64,000 nt of DNA, from contig JBCCFW010000003.1 in NCBI GenBank assembly GCA_039029535.1, forward strand, positions 10,073-74,072, read 5' to 3'. This DNA is from Acidobacteriota bacterium (GTDB lineage: Bacteria; Acidobacteriota; JBCCFW01). Below the pieces are notes generated by a model. The model did not search any database, had not been told where the DNA came from, and saw only the letters and a list, made by a program, of their open reading frames with translations. Made by a program: the position numbers and the translations under genes. How positions within the stretch are numbered: position 1 is the stretch's first letter; the number at the start of each line of letters is the position of its first letter. Below, in pieces: positions 17,097-26,527 of this stretch.

Positions 17097-18247
17097 GTAG
17101 CTCCACTTCGGGCGAGCACGCGGCCGAGCGCGTGCAGGCCGAGCTCGATCTCCAGTCGCGCGAGTCGGGTCCCAAGCGGGTGACGAGCCTCCAGTACCGA
17201 CGCTCTCCCCTGGCCGCTCCGGCCACCCAGCTCCGCTGCCTGGCCGGCCTGGACCTGTCCGGCGCCGACGGCGAGCCGCTGCAGTTCGAGACGAGCGTGG
17301 CCGAGGCGGGGGGGGCGGAGCTGCGTCCGGAGGAGATCGAGATCTTCCAGGTCAACCTGGGCAAGCTCTGCAACATGACCTGCGCCCACTGCCACGTGGA
17401 CTCGGGTCCGGATCGCATGCGCGAGAACATGGACCGCGCCATGGTCGACGCCTGCCTGGCTGCGCTCGATCGGACCCCGGCTCACACGGTCGACCTCACC
17501 GGTGGCGCGCCGGAGCTCAACCCGCACTTCCACTACCTGGTGGATGCCTGCGTCGAGCGTGGCAAGCACGTCATCGATCGCTGCAACCTCACCGTGTTGT
17601 TGTTGCCCCGCTTCAAGGATCTCTGCGAGTGGATGGCCGAGCGCGGGGTCGAGGTGGTCTGCTCGCTCCCCCATTACCGCAAGCTCAACACCGATGCACA
17701 GCGCGGTGACGGCACCTACGAGAAGTCGATCGAGGCGCTCCGCCGTCTCAACGCAGCCGGCTACGGTCAGGGCGACCCGAAACGTCAGCTCACGCTCATG
17801 TCGAACCCGGCCGGTGCGTTTCTCGCGCCGAGTCAGGCAGCGATGGAGGCGGAGTGGAAGGCGGCGTTGCAGCGCAACCACGGCGTCACCTTCGACCGGC
17901 TCATCGCCCTCAACAACATGCCGATCTCCCGCTTCCTCGAGTGGCTGGAGAGCACGGGCAACCTCCAGGCGTACATGGAGCGACTCACGGCGGCCTTCAA
18001 CCCGGCGACCGTGTCGGGTCTCATGTGCCGCAACACCTTGTCGGTGTCCTGGGACGGCCGTCTCTTCGACTGCGACTTCAACCAGCAGCTCGACATGGAG
18101 ATCCGCCGCGAGGATGGCACCGCGGTGACGCTGGCCGACTTCGACGTCACGGCCCTGAACGAGCGCCGCATCCGCACCGATCGGCACTGCTACGGCTGCA
18201 CGGCGGGCGCCGGCAGCTCGTGCGGTGGCACGATCGCCGAGGACTGA
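17093..18247 (+). CDS. arsS: arsenosugar biosynthesis radical SAM protein ArsS-like (radical SAM plus Cys-rich C-terminal domain)
   Basis: CNMTCAHCH radical SAM cluster motif, DLTGGAPELNP, and C-terminal SWDGRLFDCDFNQQL ... CYGCTAGAGSSCGG. Confidence 0.8.
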   Translation: MSSSTSGEHAAERVQAELDLQSRESGPKRVTSLQYRRSPLAAPATQLRCLAGLDLSGADGEPLQFETSVAEAGGAELRPEEIEIFQVNLGKLCNMTCAHCHVDSGPDRMRENMDRAMVDACLAALDRTPAHTVDLTGGAPELNPHFHYLVDACVERGKHVIDRCNLTVLLLPRFKDLCEWMAERGVEVVCSLPHYRKLNTDAQRGDGTYEKSIEALRRLNAAGYGQGDPKRQLTLMSNPAGAFLAPSQAAMEAEWKAALQRNHGVTFDRLIALNNMPISRFLEWLESTGNLQAYMERLTAAFNPATVSGLMCRNTLSVSWDGRLFDCDFNQQLDMEIRREDGTAVTLADFDVTALNERRIRTDRHCYGCTAGAGSSCGGTIAED

Positions 18248-18259
18248 GCACGCGCCTGC

Positions 18260-20014
18260 TCAGGGGCACTCGCCGGTTCCCGTGACCCAGGGAGGACGCG
18301 GTGTCCCCAGCGAGCTCGTGCCAGCAGTGCCCAACAGGCCGCAGGCACGTCCTGGCGCGAGGTAGTAGGTGCTCTGCTCCGGGAGGTCGAGTCGGACCTC
18401 GTCGCCGACACGGGAGCAAGCGACGACCTCGTGCGAGTACGTGCGGAGCTCGTGGAGCGAATCGAGATCACCCTGAGCCAGCAGGAACTCGCCGCTGGCA
18501 GGAGAGCCGGCGAGCCGGACCCCCAGCCGCCCGTCGACCCGGCGGACTCGGAGGTTCTGGGAGGAGACGGGAGCCTCCGGGTCGGCGACGACGACCTTCA
18601 TGATCAGGCCGTCCGTCAGGCCCCCGTTCTCGGCCTGCACCGGGTTCACCGTGGTGAGGTCGGTGGACCAGGTCAAGCCAGTGATCCAGACCGCGCCGCA
18701 GGAGTCCGCGACGAGGTTGTCGAACGCCATGTCGTCCCAGTCGTCACCTCCCAGGTAGGTCGCCAGCTCGATGCCGTCGAGCGCCGGGCTCGGCATCATC
18801 AGCACGAGGTCACAGCATCCGCCGAAGCTGTCGTCGATGGGGTCCTCCAGCCAGGAGATGGGCCACTGAATCCGCCCCGCGACGGCCGTCTTGCCCCCCG
18901 GCGTGAGGGACAGGCTGCTGGCTCGAAACTGGAGGCGGACGGAGCTGGTCAACTCCAGGTCGTCGAGATCGAGGTCGACGAGAGAAGCGAGCTGGAGATC
19001 AGTCGGTGGGGACGGCAGGCTCGTGCGCGTGGGGAAGTGCGGCTCGGTCAGGCCCACCGCTCGCAATCGACCATTCGGAAGCAGGGCGACCGAGTCGAGC
19101 TCATCCCGACCGAGGCCGCCGATGAGCCGCGAGCCCAGGACCCGATCACCCTGCGGGCTGAAGACCGTGACGAAGGCCTCCCACGAGCAATCGCCAGCCG
19201 AGCAGGACTCGCCGGGCCAGCTCGGTCCGACGAGCGGATGATCGGCGGACGTGGTTGCACCAACGGCGATGAGCTCACCCTGCGGCCCGAAGACCAGGTC
19301 GCGAGCCGCCTCCTCTCCGCTACCCCCGAAGTAGGTGGCGTGAAGAAGCTCCGAGCCGTTGGCCGAGAACGCGGCGAGGTAGAGGTCCGCAGGCGCCCCG
19401 GGCCCTCCGGTGAGGGAGCCCTGCACGGGACGGTGCACGGGCAGGTCATGGGCGGTGGTGCTGCCGAGCAAGTGAATCGTTCCGCCGGGGCCCACAGCGA
19501 CGGTGGTCCAGAACGTGTCGTCGGGCGTCACGACGGACCGCATCATGCGGGTGAATCGGAGCTCGGTACCGTCAGGTTTCAGGACCGTCACGAAGGGATC
19601 CTTGCGAGCCAACAGCGCTCCCGGTCCTGCCCCCGGGTAGTCCGGTGAGTTGGTCGACCCGACCACGACGATGCTGCCGTCGGGCTGCAGAGCGATCGCG
19701 GTGGCGCGATCGTCCATCGAGCCGCCGAGATAGGTCAGGAGCAGCAGCTCTCCCCCGTCGGCGCTGACCCGTGCCACGAAGCTGTCCCAGCCCCCGCCCG
19801 GTGCGGACTGCAAGGCACCGGGCGTCGTGGCGAGATCGGACGAGGTCGTCCGGCCGGTCACGTAGAGGGAGCCATCAGGGCCGAGCACCGAGCCGGTGAT
19901 CAGCTCCTCGCCGTTCCCCCCCAAGTAGGTGGAGAGCTCGAGAGAGGCAGCTCCCGCGACCGATGCGGTGAAGAGCCAACAGCAGGTCATCAGCAGTCGA
20001 GCACAGGTCGACAT
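18260..20014 (-). CDS. secreted SBBP (beta-propeller) repeat protein
   Basis: Repeated TYLGG(N/S)G.E...DG.(L/I)YV.G.T.S.D(L/F)(A/P)TTPGA modules. Start at the signal-peptide Met MSTCARLLMTCCWLF (20012-20014), 20 nt after the upstream paralog's stop. Confidence 0.65.
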   Translation of the reverse strand: MSTCARLLMTCCWLFTASVAGAASLELSTYLGGNGEELITGSVLGPDGSLYVTGRTTSSDLATTPGALQSAPGGGWDSFVARVSADGGELLLLTYLGGSMDDRATAIALQPDGSIVVVGSTNSPDYPGAGPGALLARKDPFVTVLKPDGTELRFTRMMRSVVTPDDTFWTTVAVGPGGTIHLLGSTTAHDLPVHRPVQGSLTGGPGAPADLYLAAFSANGSELLHATYFGGSGEEAARDLVFGPQGELIAVGATTSADHPLVGPSWPGESCSAGDCSWEAFVTVFSPQGDRVLGSRLIGGLGRDELDSVALLPNGRLRAVGLTEPHFPTRTSLPSPPTDLQLASLVDLDLDDLELTSSVRLQFRASSLSLTPGGKTAVAGRIQWPISWLEDPIDDSFGGCCDLVLMMPSPALDGIELATYLGGDDWDDMAFDNLVADSCGAVWITGLTWSTDLTTVNPVQAENGGLTDGLIMKVVVADPEAPVSSQNLRVRRVDGRLGVRLAGSPASGEFLLAQGDLDSLHELRTYSHEVVACSRVGDEVRLDLPEQSTYYLAPGRACGLLGTAGTSSLGTPRPPWVTGTGECP

Positions 20015-20034
20015 GTCGACTCCGATCGCCCAGC

Positions 20035-21789
20035 TCATGGACAGGCACCGGTGCCGGCCACCCAGGCCGGACGTGGGCTTCCCGAGGAGTCGACACCCGC
20101 CAGGCTCGTTCCACACGATCGCTCGAACGCCAGGAAGTAGACGTCGTCATCCGGCGAGTCGACACCGAGCTCATCGCCCGGTGCCGCGCAAGCGACGACG
20201 CCATGTGAGTACGCACGATCCACTCGCAACGAGTCGAGGTCACCCTGGGCCAGGAGCAGCTCGGCGGCGATCGGCGGAGCGTCCACCTCGACACCGACCC
20301 GACCCGCCGCGTGTCGCAGACGGAGGTTGCCGAGCGGCGTGGGAGTCGGCGTGGTCGAGTCGAGATCGCCGAGCCTCGCGAGGACGCCATCCCGGTCGCC
20401 GGCCTGCCAGGGCTGCACCGGCGTGAGCGTCGGGAAGTCACGGGACCTCGTCGAGCCGCCCACCCAGGCTTCGCCATTCGAGTCGATGAGCAAGCTCTCG
20501 AGGACACCCGACTCCTCGTCGCTCCCGCCCAGGTAAGTCGCCTGCTCGATGACCTCGAGGCAGGGATCCACCACCATCATCATCAGCTCGCTCGGTCCCG
20601 CGAAGACGTCGTCGACCGGCTCACGCAACCAGGAGACCGGTCGATCGATCTCACCGAGCAAGACCAGGCTCCCCGACAGCGTGCTCGCCAGGCTGTCCGC
20701 CCAGAACTCGAGCCCCACGGCGGCGGTCATTCTCAGGTCGTCGACCTGGAGCTCGAGGAGCAGGCCGGACGGGGGGCTGGCAGGCACGGCGGGCAGGCTG
20801 GTGCGAGTGGGGAATCCGCCCTGGGTGTTGCCCACGATCTGGATCCGTCCATCAGGGAGAGCGCGGACGTGGTTCAGGCCGTCATGCCCCATGCCTCCCA
20901 CGCGCCGAGACGCCAGGATCTCTCCGCCGTCGGGGCTGAGCACCGTGATGAAGCCGTCAAAGCCGCAGTCGCTCCCCGTGCAGGACTCGCCAGGCCATGG
21001 CGGGCCCACCTGTGGGTAGTCCGCGTTGTCCGTCTCTCCAATCACGATCAGTCGACCGTCCGGTGCGACGGCGAGGTCGTAAGGGATCTCCCGCCCGAGG
21101 CCGCCCAGGTAGCTCGCTTGCAGCAGGTCTCCGTCGGGTGAGTAGGTTGCGAGGAAGCCGTCGCTGACACCGCCGCCGTACTCGGCCTGCACCGGCTCGA
21201 GCACCGGCAGAGGTCGGTTTCTCGTCCTCCCGTAGACATGGATCTCACCAGCGGCACCGATGGCGACGGCCCTCCACTCCGTCACGTGAGCACCGAGGGA
21301 GGAGGGCGACCGAAGGACCCGGGTGTAGCGCAGGCTCGTGCCGTCGGGCTCGAGGACCACCACGAAGGGATCTTCGTGCCCCGACCGCCCCGGCGTCTCG
21401 ACACCAGGGAAGTCGTTCGATTGCGTCGAGCCGACCACGACGATGCCTCCGTCGGGCAGGTGCGTGAGGTCCAGGGCTCGCTCGAGGTCCGTACCCCCGA
21501 GGTAGGTCAGCATGAGGAGCTCACTTCCATCGGCGCTCAGACGCGCCACGAAGCAATCCCACAGGCCCCCGGCACGAGCCGGCTGCAACGCACCGGGGGT
21601 GGTCGCAAGGTTCGTGGAGGACGTGTAGCCGGCGATGGTGAGGGTCCCGTCCGGTGCCAGCTCCATCCCTCCGATCCAGTCCGTCCCGTTCCCACCGAGG
21701 TAGGTCGAGCTCCGCAAGACGGCGGCGTGGCCCGAATGGACCATCGCCAGGCACCAACACGCCGAAATGAACCGGATCCAGGCCGCCAT
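20035..21789 (-). CDS. secreted SBBP (beta-propeller) repeat protein, tandem paralog
   Basis: Collinear with 18260-20014 over its full length. Start at MAAWIRFISACWCLAMV (21787-21789). Confidence 0.65.
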   Translation of the reverse strand: MAAWIRFISACWCLAMVHSGHAAVLRSSTYLGGNGTDWIGGMELAPDGTLTIAGYTSSTNLATTPGALQPARAGGLWDCFVARLSADGSELLMLTYLGGTDLERALDLTHLPDGGIVVVGSTQSNDFPGVETPGRSGHEDPFVVVLEPDGTSLRYTRVLRSPSSLGAHVTEWRAVAIGAAGEIHVYGRTRNRPLPVLEPVQAEYGGGVSDGFLATYSPDGDLLQASYLGGLGREIPYDLAVAPDGRLIVIGETDNADYPQVGPPWPGESCTGSDCGFDGFITVLSPDGGEILASRRVGGMGHDGLNHVRALPDGRIQIVGNTQGGFPTRTSLPAVPASPPSGLLLELQVDDLRMTAAVGLEFWADSLASTLSGSLVLLGEIDRPVSWLREPVDDVFAGPSELMMMVVDPCLEVIEQATYLGGSDEESGVLESLLIDSNGEAWVGGSTRSRDFPTLTPVQPWQAGDRDGVLARLGDLDSTTPTPTPLGNLRLRHAAGRVGVEVDAPPIAAELLLAQGDLDSLRVDRAYSHGVVACAAPGDELGVDSPDDDVYFLAFERSCGTSLAGVDSSGSPRPAWVAGTGACP

Positions 21790-21927
21790 GTCACCTCCCA
21801 GGCCCTGGTGGGCAGAGCGCTGCGTTTCCAACGTCAACCCTCGACGGCCCGAAACCTGACACTCCCTTCCTCGGTTCACGCAGGCGCCTGAGGGCCTCCC
21901 GCTTCCTCAGGGCTTACACTCATTGAA

Positions 21928-22395
21928 ATGCCTGAGACTCTCGAACACGCCTTCTTCGGCTCGATCGACGTGACGGCCGAGCACGTCGAGCTGCGTTCGC
22001 TCCCCACGGCGACGGGTGACCGCATCCGCGTCGGGATCGAGATGACCGAGCAGCAGCCCTCGCCGGAGGAGCTCGACGCCCTGGCCACCGCCTGTCGCAA
22101 GCACGAGAGCTGGGTGCGACGAGCCCTCGGACGCATCGAGGAACGGCACGCCGACCGTCTTCTCGCCGACATCGAGAGATGGCACCCCGGGCTCCTCGCG
22201 GACGAGGGCGAGCGTGAGCCGACGGCATCGGAGCTCGTCACCCTGTTGAGGCCCCGGGACCTCATGCTCTGGCCGGGCACCGACGCACCGCTCGTTCTCG
22301 ACTTCGGGCTGCCCCTCACGCAGCCCTCCGATCACGTGGTCAGCGCGCGCTTCGGAGTCGATGGTGAGCTGGCGTCGGTCACCCTCGAGAGCTGA
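21928..22395 (+). CDS. hypothetical protein
   Basis: 155-aa ORF with coding-like composition. No family recognised with confidence. Confidence 0.4.
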   Translation: MPETLEHAFFGSIDVTAEHVELRSLPTATGDRIRVGIEMTEQQPSPEELDALATACRKHESWVRRALGRIEERHADRLLADIERWHPGLLADEGEREPTASELVTLLRPRDLMLWPGTDAPLVLDFGLPLTQPSDHVVSARFGVDGELASVTLES

Positions 22396-22422
22396 GTCTT
22401 CGTCGCGACTGGGAGTCGTCCC

Positions 22423-23541
22423 GTGCAGCCACCACCCTTCGAGCTCGAGCGCTACTTCGCCCGCTACGAGTTCGCGCTCCCCCACCTGCTCAGCTCCAGC
22501 GACTGCGAGACGCTGAGCGTCGCCGAGCTGCTCGCCCTCGAGCCCGACGCTGAAGACGAGCTCCTCGGCCTGCGGCTCGGCTACACGGAGACCCTCGGTG
22601 ACCCGCGACTGCGGGCCTCAGTCGCTCGGATGTACGAGTCGATCGAGCCGGACCAGCTCCTGGTCCACTCGGGGGCCGAGGAGGTCATCTTCAGCTTCAT
22701 GAACGTGGCGCTCGAGCCGGGCGACCACCTCGTCGTGCACCACCCGGGCTATCAGTCGACGCACTCGGTGGCAGCCGCCGCCGGAGTGGACGTCACCTTC
22801 TGGCGAGCGCGGGAAGACGACGGCTGGAGCCTCGACCCCGACGAGCTCGCCGCGGCCATCGGACCGAAGACCCGGGCAGTCGTGCTCAACTGCCCGAACA
22901 ACCCGACCGGTTGGCTCATGGATCGCGAGCGCTTCGACGCGACGATCGCGCTGGCGCGGGAGCACGGCCTGTTCATGTTCTCAGACGAGGTCTACCGCGA
23001 GCTCGAGCACGATCCGGCCGACCGACTGCCGGCGGCCTGCGACGTCTACGAGAAGGCCGTGTCCCTGGGCGTGACCTCGAAGACCTACGGCCTGCCGGGC
23101 CTGCGCATCGGCTGGGCGGCGACACGCGACGCCGAGCTGCTGTCGAAGATGGCCGCCTTCAAGGACTACGTGACCATCTGCGCCAGCGCACCGAGCGAGC
23201 TCCTGGCGAGGGTGGCGATGGACCATCGCGAGGAGCTGGCCGAGCGCAACCGCCGACTCGTGGTCGAGAACCTGGACCTGGCCGATGGCTTCTTCGAGCG
23301 CCAGGCCGAGCACTTCGCCTGGCGGCGCCCCAACGCGGGTCCCATCGCCTTCCCCCGGCTGCGTCGTGGCGGGACGGCAGCGCTGTGCGATCGACTCGCG
23401 CAGGAGGCCGGCGTGCTGCTCCTGCCGAGCACCGTGTACGGCGTCGGGGACGACCACGTGCGGATGGGCTTCGGGCGGAAGAGCTTTCCGCAGGACATCG
23501 AGGTCCTGGAGCGTGCGCTGACCTCGATGGGCGGTGACTGA
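22423..23541 (+). CDS. class I/II PLP-dependent aminotransferase
   Basis: LNCPNNPTG, FSDEVYREL and the Lys-containing SKTYGLPGLRIGW motif. GTG start. Confidence 0.8.
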   Translation: MQPPPFELERYFARYEFALPHLLSSSDCETLSVAELLALEPDAEDELLGLRLGYTETLGDPRLRASVARMYESIEPDQLLVHSGAEEVIFSFMNVALEPGDHLVVHHPGYQSTHSVAAAAGVDVTFWRAREDDGWSLDPDELAAAIGPKTRAVVLNCPNNPTGWLMDRERFDATIALAREHGLFMFSDEVYRELEHDPADRLPAACDVYEKAVSLGVTSKTYGLPGLRIGWAATRDAELLSKMAAFKDYVTICASAPSELLARVAMDHREELAERNRRLVVENLDLADGFFERQAEHFAWRRPNAGPIAFPRLRRGGTAALCDRLAQEAGVLLLPSTVYGVGDDHVRMGFGRKSFPQDIEVLERALTSMGGD

Positions 23542-23601
23542 GTCCCTGAAGAGCCGAGGCGTCATCGCCCCGACTCTCCGGACTCTCTTGACCTGCTCGA
23601 C

Positions 23602-24360
23602 TCAGAAACTGGCCGCAAGCTCGACCATGTCCTCGACGGTCACCACGCCGAACTCCTTCTGGAACAGGTTGATGAACGTCAACGAGGTCTCCAGGAGGTC
23701 CGACTCGGACTCGGCGCTCGCCATGCCAGACTCATCCAAGAGCTCACTCACCCTGGCATCGAACTCGTCGGCGCCATGGCCCTCGCGGATCCGCCCCATC
23801 GTCTCGTAGGCGAGAGCGAAGTGCTTCATGTCGAAGTTCTTGACGAGCTCGTCGTAGTCGATCAGGTAGTGGCTCATGTCTGGAAGAGCGACCTGAATGT
23901 CGACGGAGGGCCGCTGAAACTGCTCAATCGGCTCGCGCCCCAAGCCGAGCATGCAACCGTAGTGGTTGTCGATGCAGTCGTCCATTGCTTGAGCGTGGCG
24001 TTCGAAGCAGAACGCCGCCCCTTCGCTCAGGACGGCACCGGCTGCAGTCGTGCCAAAGCCAGCGAGGATGATGGTGCTGGACGCGATCGGATTGGCCCCA
24101 TTGCCGACCGCGGTAACTCCTGCATAGAGAGTACCGAGTCCCGTCGCGGCGATGATCGTGCCCGCAATGCTGGACGACCTGAGACAGTCGTCTCTTCCGC
24201 GATTCGCTGCAGAGACGCAGTTCATCTTCTCGATGTAGCAGTCGGCAGCGGTCGTTGGACTCGCTGCCGAGGGAACCACCGAAGCCAGGGTCGCAATCAC
24301 GAGAAGGGCACTGCTTGCCGCAGTGCCACGACGAAGGCCTTGGGAGCTGTTGATGGTCAT
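23602..24360 (-). CDS. hypothetical secreted Cys-containing protein
   Basis: Start at MTINSSQ (24358-24360), preceded by GGAGAT. Has a signal-peptide-like ALLVIATLASVVPSAAS. The region looks lower in GC than its flanks. Confidence 0.45.
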   Translation of the reverse strand: MTINSSQGLRRGTAASSALLVIATLASVVPSAASPTTAADCYIEKMNCVSAANRGRDDCLRSSSIAGTIIAATGLGTLYAGVTAVGNGANPIASSTIILAGFGTTAAGAVLSEGAAFCFERHAQAMDDCIDNHYGCMLGLGREPIEQFQRPSVDIQVALPDMSHYLIDYDELVKNFDMKHFALAYETMGRIREGHGADEFDARVSELLDESGMASAESESDLLETSLTFINLFQKEFGVVTVEDMVELAASF

Positions 24361-24562
24361 TTCGGATCTCCTCGAGGGGGAGCTGCGATGAGCACCCTGC
24401 TCATCGGAAACCCTCGCTGACCTTGCATGCGCACCAACGAGAAAAAGTGCGTCATCCAACTGAGCCGAACCCGATCCTCATCCAGGAACCCACCAAGTCG
24501 CTCCAAGACCCACGCCAGACAGCGGACTGGACACGTTCCCCAGTCAGCGCGAGAGATCCCGC

Positions 24563-24991
24563 GTGACTCCGCCTGACGAGAAGACGAGAACCTCGCCGCT
24601 CACCCGCCGCTGGCTCACCGTGGCCGGAGTGATGCTGCTGCTCAGCTACCTGCTGACGGCGACCTTCGGCACGATGGCGGTCATCAACGCCTCCACCGAG
24701 GCATTCCTCCAGAGCTACGAGGGCTTCGTCATCCACCGTCTGGACATGGCGAACGAGCTGCGCGCCCAACACCCCGAGCTGGTGGACGACGAATACCGAG
24801 TCGTCTTCCGAGACGACGATGAGCAGCCGTTCCTGCGTTTCCGCTACTGCGTCGCCGTGGCGCCCGGCCTGATTCTCGCCGAGATCGACCAGAGCGTCGC
24901 CAAGACGGGCGGCCAGGGAGATGTCGTGCTGTTCGGCTGGGGCGTCGGCGGCGTGCGCGTGCTCTGGTATCGACGGACTTGGATCAGCTGA
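24563..24991 (+). CDS. hypothetical membrane protein
   Basis: GTG start and one N-terminal TM (WLTVAGVMLLLSYLL). No family recognised. Confidence 0.35.
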   Translation: MTPPDEKTRTSPLTRRWLTVAGVMLLLSYLLTATFGTMAVINASTEAFLQSYEGFVIHRLDMANELRAQHPELVDDEYRVVFRDDDEQPFLRFRYCVAVAPGLILAEIDQSVAKTGGQGDVVLFGWGVGGVRVLWYRRTWIS

Positions 24992-25004
24992 CTGACCGCC
25001 GAGC

Positions 25005-25421
25005 TCACATCTTCGTCTTCCCCAGCTTCAGCACCCTCTTGAACTGAGCCGCGGTCACCGGCACGACCGACAGCCGCGACTGCTTCACCAGCGCCATCTC
25101 TGCAAGCAGCTCGTCGGCCTTGACCTGCTCCAAGGTCACCGGCTCGGCCATGGCCTTCACCGGCGCGACGTCGACGACCACCCAGCGCTCGTCGTCGGTG
25201 GTCGGGTCCTGGTAGGACTCCTTCACCACCTTCGCCACCCCTACCACCGCCTTCTCCTTGACCGAGTGGTAGTAGAGCAGCAAGTCGCCCTTCTTCATGG
25301 CCTGCAAGTTGTTGCGCGCCTGGTAGTTCCGCACCCCGTCCCAGTACGTCTTCTTGTCCGCCTGGAGCTGGGAGAAGGGGTAGGTCGTGGGCTCCTGCTT
25401 GACCAGCCAATACTGAGGCAT
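25005..25421 (-). CDS. EVE (PUA-like) domain protein
   Basis: MPQYWLVKQEP ... WDGVRNYQARNNL ... GDLLLYYHS ... VGVAKVV matches the EVE domain pattern. Start at the second Met (25419-25421). Confidence 0.8.
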   Translation of the reverse strand: MPQYWLVKQEPTTYPFSQLQADKKTYWDGVRNYQARNNLQAMKKGDLLLYYHSVKEKAVVGVAKVVKESYQDPTTDDERWVVVDVAPVKAMAEPVTLEQVKADELLAEMALVKQSRLSVVPVTAAQFKRVLKLGKTKM

Positions 25422-25501
25422 GCTGTCTCCCATTCCGGGCGGCGTGGGGCCGTCTCGGGCCCGGCTTCTCTCGCCTGCTCGGCCGACTCTACCGCACGCC
25501 C

Positions 25502-26527
25502 GTGACGACGACCTCCCCGCTCATTCACTGCCGCCGCCTCGGCAAGACCTACCGGACGCTCCGACGTCGGGAGGGCGTTCTCCGCCTGCTCGGCGGCCTC
25601 GTCAAGCGGGAGCACGTCGAGCACGCCGCCCTCGTCGACGCCGACCTCGACATCCTCCAGGGAGAGATGGTCGGGCTCATCGGCGCCAACGGGGCTGGCA
25701 AGACCACTCTGGTCAAGATCCTCGCCGGCATCATCCCCAAGACCCACGGCACCGCCGAGGTCTTCGGACGCGATTGCTTCGACCTGCGGGACGCCGAGAA
25801 GACCCGTCTCTCCCTCGTCATGGGTCAGCGCTCCCAGCTCTGGTGGGACATCCCTCCCCTCGACAGCTTCCGCCTGCTGCGTGCCATCTACGACGTCGAC
25901 CACGATGTCTTCGAGCGACGCGTCGCCGAACACGCGGAGCGTCTCGGCGTCGCCGACCGACTCGAGGTCCAGCTCCGTCAGCTCTCCCTCGGTCAGCGGA
26001 TGAAGATGGAGATCATCGGGGCCTTCCTCCACGACCCCGAGCTCGTCTTCCTCGACGAGCCGACCATCGGTCTCGACCTCGTCTCCCAGGAGACCATCCG
26101 TCGCTTCCTGCGCGACCTCAACCGCGAGCGCGGCGTGACCATCCTGCTCACCAGCCACGACATGGCCGACATCGAGCAGACCTGCGAGCGACTCCTCATC
26201 CTCGACGGCGGCAAGCTGCTCTTCGACGGCGACCTCCCCGACCTCCAGCGGCGGCTCGTCGGCAAGCGTCGCGTGGAGCTGCACCTCGAGGACGAGCTGG
26301 TCGGCGAGCCCACCGACGCCGCCGAGGTCGCACGCAAGCACGACGGCGAGCTCGTCGAGGTCTCCCCCCGCCGTCTCGTCTTCCTCGTGCCCACCGCTCG
26401 CTCGCAGGCACTGGTCCGCGAGCTCTTCGACCTGCTCGCCGTGAAGGACCTCTCGGTGGAGCGCCAGCCCCTCGAAGATCTCGTCCGCGAGGTGTTCAGG
26501 AGGGGCCAGCTCGAGGATGCTCCGTGA
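25502..26527 (+). CDS. ABC transporter ATP-binding protein
   Basis: Walker A GANGAGKTT, signature LSLGQRMK, Walker B LVFLDEPT. Confidence 0.85.
   Translation: MTTTSPLIHCRRLGKTYRTLRRREGVLRLLGGLVKREHVEHAALVDADLDILQGEMVGLIGANGAGKTTLVKILAGIIPKTHGTAEVFGRDCFDLRDAEKTRLSLVMGQRSQLWWDIPPLDSFRLLRAIYDVDHDVFERRVAEHAERLGVADRLEVQLRQLSLGQRMKMEIIGAFLHDPELVFLDEPTIGLDLVSQETIRRFLRDLNRERGVTILLTSHDMADIEQTCERLLILDGGKLLFDGDLPDLQRRLVGKRRVELHLEDELVGEPTDAAEVARKHDGELVEVSPRRLVFLVPTARSQALVRELFDLLAVKDLSVERQPLEDLVREVFRRGQLEDAP

Noticed and set aside
17012-18187. 391-aa minus-strand ORF opposite arsS, and the N-terminal extensions of 16128-17081 and 16161-17096.
   Set aside because: The sense-strand radical SAM motifs are unambiguous. 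For thpR and the peroxidase-like gene, only the C-terminal portions show family motifs and have SD-preceded starts, so the extensions overlap each other antisense.
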